Source: Epithemia pelagica
Taxonomy: Eukaryota > Protista > Bacillariophyta
Length of the DNA stretch: 64,000 nt
NCBI GenBank assembly: GCA_946965045.2
Contig: OX337228.1
Location: 3,782,001 to 3,846,000, forward strand
Direction: 5' to 3'
The notes beneath the pieces are model-generated. The model worked only from the letters and a program-made list of their open reading frames with translations. It was not told the origin of the DNA and made no database searches. Of the stretch, positions 57,755 to 64,000 are shown piece after piece; within the stretch, counting starts at the first letter, position 1; the number at the start of each line of letters is the position of its first letter. A program made the position numbers and the translations under genes.

Positions 57755-58909
57755 TCAATGTCGTTTGAGTGGAACGGCCCGGGTGGATACCTGGGTTGTG
57801 TCGGAGCCAGGCCGTCGTTCCATGCAACAAAGCACGACAAAATCCCCCACTGTGGTTTGTCGTTCCGAGACGGCTCGAAAGGCTTGAATGAGAATTTCGG
57901 CCGCTTCTTGTGCCGATTGATCCACAACTAGAGGACAGCCGGTTTGGGAAAGAACAACCGTGTCATCTTTGTCAACCACACCACTCTGGGTCGTCGTTTG
58001 TTGTTCCTCTTGTCCTTGTCGTGATGAAAATGCTCGATCCAGAATGGGTTGCAACAATTGTTGTCCAATTCCTGCCGAAGCAACTGCGACTTGTTCGTAG
58101 GATCCAAGGGCATCGTACACATGAACTTGACCTTCGTGGTGCTCCTGTCGATCACTGGAAGATCCAAAAGATGGGGATGCTGCTTCAAGTCCAGCCACGA
58201 TACAAAAGGCATACCAAGGAAATCCTCGTCGTTCGTACAAAATGTGCGACAACAAGACCGCAATGTTCCCCACCAAACAGGTACTTCCACTTGTAGCAGT
58301 AATAGGGTGGTCGTGCTGGTTGTCCACTGTCGTAGGAGTCGTCGTCAATTCCCCCGAGAGGAGGGATTGTCGAACATCAAATCGCATGCGACGTTTGAGA
58401 AATTCGCAATCGGCTTGACATCCTGCCGAAGCAATCAAAATGGGCGAGGCATTGTACTGACTGGTGGTTGACCACCACCCTCGACCCGTATCTTGTAGTT
58501 GTGCATTGTCGTTCCGTTGACTATAGTTGTCGTCCTGACAGGTTGGATTTCCCTGTTGTTGTTCGGCGAGTGGTGGAAAACAAAGGGATCCATCTCCCTG
58601 AAAGACGGATCGTGGGGTCGTTCTTGCTGTTGTAGTAGTGGTTGTTGCTGGAGAGGGCACCGTGGCGGTCCACAAACGACTTTGCAAGTGTCGTCGTTCC
58701 AACAGATCATAACCACTGGGCCCAACCAAACGGGTATCCACCGCCACGAGACAATAGTTTCGACCAGCCACAGCGGCGACCAATCCACCGTTCAATTGAT
58801 AGGGATCAAACTCGGCACTGGCATGTCGTACGAATGCGAGAATCTCGAACAGGAAGAATAGTTGTGCATGGGTCCATTGCCATTGTGGTTGCCGACGTAC
58901 ACCCACCAT
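57755..58909 (-). CDS. 20S proteasome beta-6 (PSMB1)-like subunit with N-terminal signal peptide
   Basis: FDPYQLNGG..AVAG.NYC.VA.DTRL, LSHILYERRGFPWYAFCIVAGL, VYDALGSYE, AVSERQTTVGD, VPLKRH; hydrophobic LFFLFEILAFVRHASA directly before FDPY. Confidence 0.82.
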   Translation of the reverse strand: MVGVRRQPQWQWTHAQLFFLFEILAFVRHASAEFDPYQLNGGLVAAVAGRNYCLVAVDTRLVGPSGYDLLERRHLQSRLWTATVPSPATTTTTTARTTPRSVFQGDGSLCFPPLAEQQQGNPTCQDDNYSQRNDNAQLQDTGRGWWSTTSQYNASPILIASAGCQADCEFLKRRMRFDVRQSLLSGELTTTPTTVDNQHDHPITATSGSTCLVGNIAVLLSHILYERRGFPWYAFCIVAGLEAASPSFGSSSDRQEHHEGQVHVYDALGSYEQVAVASAGIGQQLLQPILDRAFSSRQGQEEQQTTTQSGVVDKDDTVVLSQTGCPLVVDQSAQEAAEILIQAFRAVSERQTTVGDFVVLCCMERRPGSDTTQVSTRAVPLKRH

Positions 58910-59165
58910 CTTTTTGTTTGTTGCTTTGGTTCCTTGGATTTGGATCTTTTTCGATCATGGCTTTCTGGAAGCGATAAGGTTAAGGTTACATCTGCTTTCA
59001 GAATCCGAAATTAACAGCGACTGCTGTGCTATCAAAGCTATGGAGGTTGTCACAAAAAGGTCATAAAATTGCGAGACCCTTTTTTATTCAACACAAACGA
59101 ACAAACCTGTGAGAGTGTCGTCGTTGGGTTGCTGTTGTTTTCGAACAGAGACGTACGTTTCCGTA

Positions 59166-62132
59166 ATGAGATTGCCGGAAATGAATACTACGGGTGCACA
59201 TCAACCACAGTCGTTTTCGTCTCGGAGCAAGTACGAGCAAGACAAGGCACGATTCTTGTTGGCCGTGGCCTGTTTGTGGCCCTTGTTGTTATTGGCCTTG
59301 GTCACATCGTCGTCGCCTCATGTTGCGGTGTCGGTCCATTCGTCGGCAAATGCTTCCACAGACAATAAGGAAGACGAAGCTGCGGCAGCCTTACGATTGT
59401 TGGAAGAGGATGCTGTCGACGATGAAAATGAAGGTGAATCGCACAATTCCGTGCGATTGAGTCTGCGCAATGTCTTGGATCGAGTCGACATTATGGGATA
59501 CGGTCCCACACATCCTCGTATTGGTATTGTGGTAACTGGTCCAGCTCATCCGACGAACAAGGACAAGCATCATTTTGTGTCCACAGTGGAATCGATTTTT
59601 GCCCAAACCGATATGGCTCGCATTTTTGTCGTGACGGTGGTGGTGGATGGCTTGGCTTCGACTCATCATGCCGAATGGCAAGCCGACTTGCACAAGATTC
59701 AATCCGGACAAATTCCTCATTGGCATGGTCTCCGACCGGACCTTCATTCGGCCAATAACGAGAAAAACGAAAATAATGAAGATGCCTCTCATCATGCCAT
59801 GTTGCACGATTCGAAAGTGCACGTCATGTTCAATGAAGAACCCCTGGGAATTACGGCTTGTCGCCAAGACGGGGCAGATTTTATACATATCTTGTCCAAA
59901 CATCACGAAGGTGCCGGCTTGAAGTCCACCGACGAAGACACGCTCTTGTTGTTGGTACAAGCTGGTACGGTCTTGACCTCTCGCCAATGGTTGCCCACTG
60001 TGACGCAAGCCCTCATTGTTCCACCACCCTTGGTACCACCCAGTCGTCATGCCAGAGGACAAGGACAAGAACCAGGTGTCGCGAACCGAAAAATGGCCAA
60101 TGCTATCTCCTTTCGCATTGCCGACCATGGAGCGTCTCCACAACAAGAACGCATGACTGTAGATGCCTTTTGGACACCTCAACTCGAATCAGTACCCGCC
60201 GAAGAATTGAATCAATCCAATGGAGCTTCCTACATGGCACCCATTTGGAATGGTGCGGCCCTCGCTTTGAGATTGGAAACCTATCGACAATTGCCCATTC
60301 ATGACATGGCTTTGACCGAAGCCTGGCCGGCCAATCTTGATTTGTCATTGGCCTTGTGGTTGTGTGCCGATGGCATGGATATTGTCATTGCTGGTGCGGG
60401 AGACGAGGACAACCATCAACAAGACAATAGCCAAGGTTTTAAGGATGCCTTGACGGTCACCTTGATGGATCCCTCATTGAATCCCACGACCGTCGTAACC
60501 GCGCCTCTTCCACCACCAATGGCGGCTCGTTTAGCCGAGGCTTGGATGGACGAAGGTTTGCAACGTCAATTCTTTTCGTACTATACCACCAACATTACCA
60601 CCTACCAACAAGTCACCTATGTGGAATGGCAAACCTACCAAGCCCAGGCCCGACAAAGTTCCACCTTTGTGTCCGATTTGGTTCAAAAATGCCGGTCCAT
60701 GGAATGGTATATTCGACAGGTGAATGCGCAAGGATTGCTCCCCATTCTGGAACAAAAGCCCATTCAGGAAACACCAAAGGAAAAGAAGCAACCTCCCAAG
60801 GAAAACAACCAAGACAGTGACAACAAGAAGGAGGAAACTGCAAAAGAACAAGAGGTACAACCGGTCATGGAACAAGACGAGGAAAACTCTGTTGCCATCC
60901 CAGAGCGACGCGAATTGAAAAAACCCTCACAACCATTGTGCGAGGAGTGCTTACAAATTGTCGAAAAGGCACAACCCATAAACTTGCAAAAGGTGGACAT
61001 GTCCGGTGGTCACCAGGACCATCCACATCTGGGCGCCAAGGACGCTGATGGCAACTTGGGATACGTTCATGATGAGACGAATTTGCACCGGAATCCTCCA
61101 AGTTTCAATATGGACAAGAATGATCTCGTCAATGCCTGTTCAAGGAAAGACAACAATTACAAAATGTTGACGGAAAAAGTCTTTGTGGATGTTGAGGGAG
61201 ATGCTCAAGCCACAAGAGACTTGGGAGGACCGGAGAATCGCGTCAAGTTGTTCTGTTTGGTCTACACAACCGAAAAGGGACACGACAATCTTCCTCGGAT
61301 TCGAGAAACATGGGGTCAAAAATGCGATGGTTTCATGGTGGGTTCGACTAAAACGGATCCCTCCTTGGACACGGTGGAAATTCCTCATGAAGGTCCGGAA
61401 GAATATGACAATATTTGGCAGAAAGTACGGTCCATGTGGTCCTACATTTACGACAATTATTATGACAAGTACGATTGGTTCCACATTGGAGGCGACGATT
61501 ATTACTTGTTGGTGGAAAACTTAAAGTTGTATTTGGAGTCTGAAGAGATTCGGACAGCCCAAAACGGTATGTTGTTGGTTGCGCTGTTCCCGCTTTGTTA
61601 TTGTTGTTGCATGTTGTCTCACGTCGCATTTTTCTGTTTTTGATTGGAAGGCGGAACTTACTTGCCCACGGGCACGGAAACCTCTCAAACACCCCTGTTT
61701 TTAGGCCGTCGTTTTGCCTATATGGGAGACAGGAACGACATTTTCAACTCGGGCGGATCGGGTTATACTCTCAACAAGGCTGCGCTCAAACGAATGGTTG
61801 TGGATGGCTTTCCCACTTTTCGTCCTCATGCCCATACCTTTTCCGAAGATACCATGGTGGCACGATTGCTCAAAACATATGGTGTGGAACCCTATCCGAC
61901 CAAGGATGACTTGGGCGGTGAACGGTACATGCCCTTTATGCCCGGTCATCATTATGGGTATCGCATGCCGCAAGACAAGGCCAAAGATTGGTATGCCATG
62001 TATTCCATTAATATCAAAACAGGCCTCGATCATTGTGCGGCGCGAAGCATTGCCTTTCATTACGTCAAGGGCAATGCCATGTACCGACTTCATGCTATTC
62101 TCTATCATTTGTGTCCGGCTGGGACCATGTAG
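59166..62132 (+). CDS. Membrane-anchored glycosyltransferase fusion: degenerate ppGalNAc-T (GT27)-like domain plus core-1 beta-1,3-galactosyltransferase (GT31)-like domain; intron 61567-61650
   Basis: C-terminal GT31 motifs ETWGQKCDGF, YDWFHIGGDD, FNSGGSGYTL, SEDTMVARLL, SIAFHYVK; N-terminal GT27-like residues LDLSLALWLC, ARLAEAWMDE, KCRSMEWY; N-terminal TM helix. Confidence 0.8.
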
Positions 62133-62746
62133 CCTTGTGTTACTCATTCTCTTTGCAAGAGTTGCACGTAGCCTGTACGTGTTATTCCATTGCCTCGTTT
62201 ATTCCAAAGGAATGGATTTCGAGGTTCTTCTGGTCCAACGTAGGCGCACCGATGTTGAGTTGTTCTTTTGTTGAAGGATGTATTGTAGAACATCTTCGAA
62301 AGGAAGATATAACGACTTCAGCAATACCCCTAGAATAGTTTTCATTGTTCCCATGAATCCGATATATTGCTAGGAGCTAGGAGTAGAATCTGGGGGTTGC
62401 TAGGTAAACTATTGCAAGGGCTAGGTAGCCCCTGTCATCACCTACGTCCGTCCGTATGTCCATGGGGATGCGATCTGGCAGGGATTTCGATAACTTCATT
62501 ATCAATTTGACTGGATGTCTGAGGAAATGTCTCCATCTGAATGGGATGAATGAATAAATCCCGCCAACAGGTCGCATATTGGCGGATACATGGTCGCATA
62601 TTGGCGAATATGCATCGCCTACATATGCTGCTACGCATCTAGTTTTCTAGTCATAATTTTGATCTAGCCACTTGTTGCACGCCGTATACACCGTGTTGTA
62701 GCGTGTAGTGGCAGGATTTATACAGTTTATCAGACCCAACATCGCA

Positions 62747-62820
62747 GAGCCGCAGTGGTTTAGCTGGTAAATGTTTCCTGTTGGCTCGTGGTGCCAGGGG
62801 TTCGAATCCCCTCAGACTCA
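62747..62820 (+). pseudogene. Degenerate tRNA-like element (intact A box, B box and T arm; acceptor and anticodon stems unpaired)
   Basis: TGGTTTAGCTGG (62756-62767), AGGGG-TTCGAAT-CCCCT (62796-62812), followed by CAGACTCA. Confidence 0.55.
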
Positions 62821-63497
62821 GCTTTAAGTTAAGACTTCCAATTTCTGGGGGCCGCCATATTTGGGGTGTATGGTACAAGACGTTTCCCCGCTGGTTAAAA
62901 GTGCATGTTCTTCTCAAGGGTGGCCGATCAATCCCGGTCGACTGGGATTCACCGCCTTGTACATATGCTATATGCCAATGCACGGGGGAACTAATATGTT
63001 TTTTGTCTAACTCACCAACTATGCTAGCTAAGCTATGCATCATGTGAAACTCCTTGGAGTCTTGCTCTCTGCCTTTTGCCCGTACTGGCAGCGGCTGATC
63101 ACCGCTTGGGAGTGTTCGCGCTAAGCTACTCGTCACGGTATGCTTGCGGCACTACTTATAGTTCACACTCGTGATGTGTGACCCATGGCACTCTCCCATG
63201 TGACGGGGAGCACTCGCTTAAGTGAGCGATTGTTTTGGTAATCTTTTCTCCAAACATGAAAATATAGATACCTCCTTTTGCACTGTGCCGACGCACACGT
63301 CCTAAGTATTTGTTCTCTGCCGACTGCAGCGCAAACGCAAGTCGACACTACTTGTGCACCTTAATTCCAGGTAGAATCGCGAAATCTGCGATCTGCATCA
63401 CCTTTTGGCAATGCCTCCACACTTCTGTGTTTTTGCCTGTGTTTTGCTCTGAACCTCTCCTGCTCCTAGCTCTCTTGCTTTCCTTTTGCCTTCCACC

Positions 63498-64000
63498 ATG
63501 TCTTCATCCACTGCCCCTGAAAATCCCAAGGAAGATTTCAAGGCTGCCGTTAAACGCTGTGGATACAATGATGCCACCGTGACCTACATCATTGAGCAGG
63601 GTTTTGATGATGCTCAATCGTTCATGACTGTTGCGGTCCATCAAGTGCCGTCGATGTTGAAGATGATGGCGAAGACCCCTCCAGAGAACGGGGCCTTTCC
63701 CTTCAGTGCTAACCTGCAGCTCCACGGCTTCCGAATGTGGCTCGAATACCGTTCGTCTCGTGGTCAGGCTCTTAAAGTCTCACTTTTCTCTGATCCGCCC
63801 CTGATCAAGAAATGGACCAAACGTACCCAGGAACTGTTTGCACTCAACAAGGAAGTTGCCTCCGATGAACTGACCCCACCGAAAGAGTTGACTTCGTTTA
63901 CTCAGTGGGAGGTGTTTAACGATGCCTTGCTCACGTTCCTCGCACAGCATCGCAATCCCCCTTTGACATACGTCCTTCGTGAAACTAAGCCTGTCGGTTC
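63498..64000 (+). mobile_element. 5' end of a Ty1/copia (diatom CoDi-type) gag-pol ORF, running off the window
   Basis: Open frame MSSSTAPENPKEDF...LHGFRMWLEYRSSRG...TPPKELTSFTQWEVFNDALLTFLAQHRNPPLTYVLRE resembles the diatom copia gag N-terminus as I recall it; LTR/PBS not delimited. Confidence 0.7.

Noticed and set aside
62747-62880. Second permuted tRNA
   Set aside because: No 5' half (expected to start about GAGTCTG) follows the T arm/acceptor strand. It is kept only as a degenerate tRNA-like element.
62651-63136. 161-aa minus-strand ORF
   Set aside because: It has no domain motifs and overlaps the tRNA-like element and retroelement leader on the opposite strand.

Overview
Gene-dense eukaryotic nuclear DNA, most likely from a pennate diatom. 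This is inferred from an LHC/FCP antenna gene with a bipartite presequence, a UGP/PGM fusion, a diatom-type Ty1/copia gag and short GT-AG introns. About 27 protein-coding genes are supported, including a UBA-PUB-UBX protein, leishmanolysin, Rae1, a MAPKK, Elongin C, RPS16, a DPP-IV-family peptidase, ShK-GPX, a TMX3-like PDI, Kelch-BTB, Doa1/PLAA, mitochondrial EF-Ts, a patatin lipase, an RBR ligase, a PHO84-like transporter, two signal-peptide-bearing proteasome-like subunits and a GT27-like/GT31 glycosyltransferase fusion. The standout is a circularly permuted tRNA-Arg(ACG) gene at 19588-19671. Its 3' half lies upstream of its 5' half with a 12-nt spacer, and it has an upstream TATA-like tract, a downstream T5 terminator and BHB-like leader/trailer pairing at the anticodon-loop junction. 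The two halves rejoin into a near-perfect 72-nt cloverleaf. Other notable signals are a strictly intergenic TAGGAGTA motif (at least 17 copies), a degenerate tRNA-like element upstream of a copia gag at the right edge, and several local duplications. All calls were made by eye without database searches.
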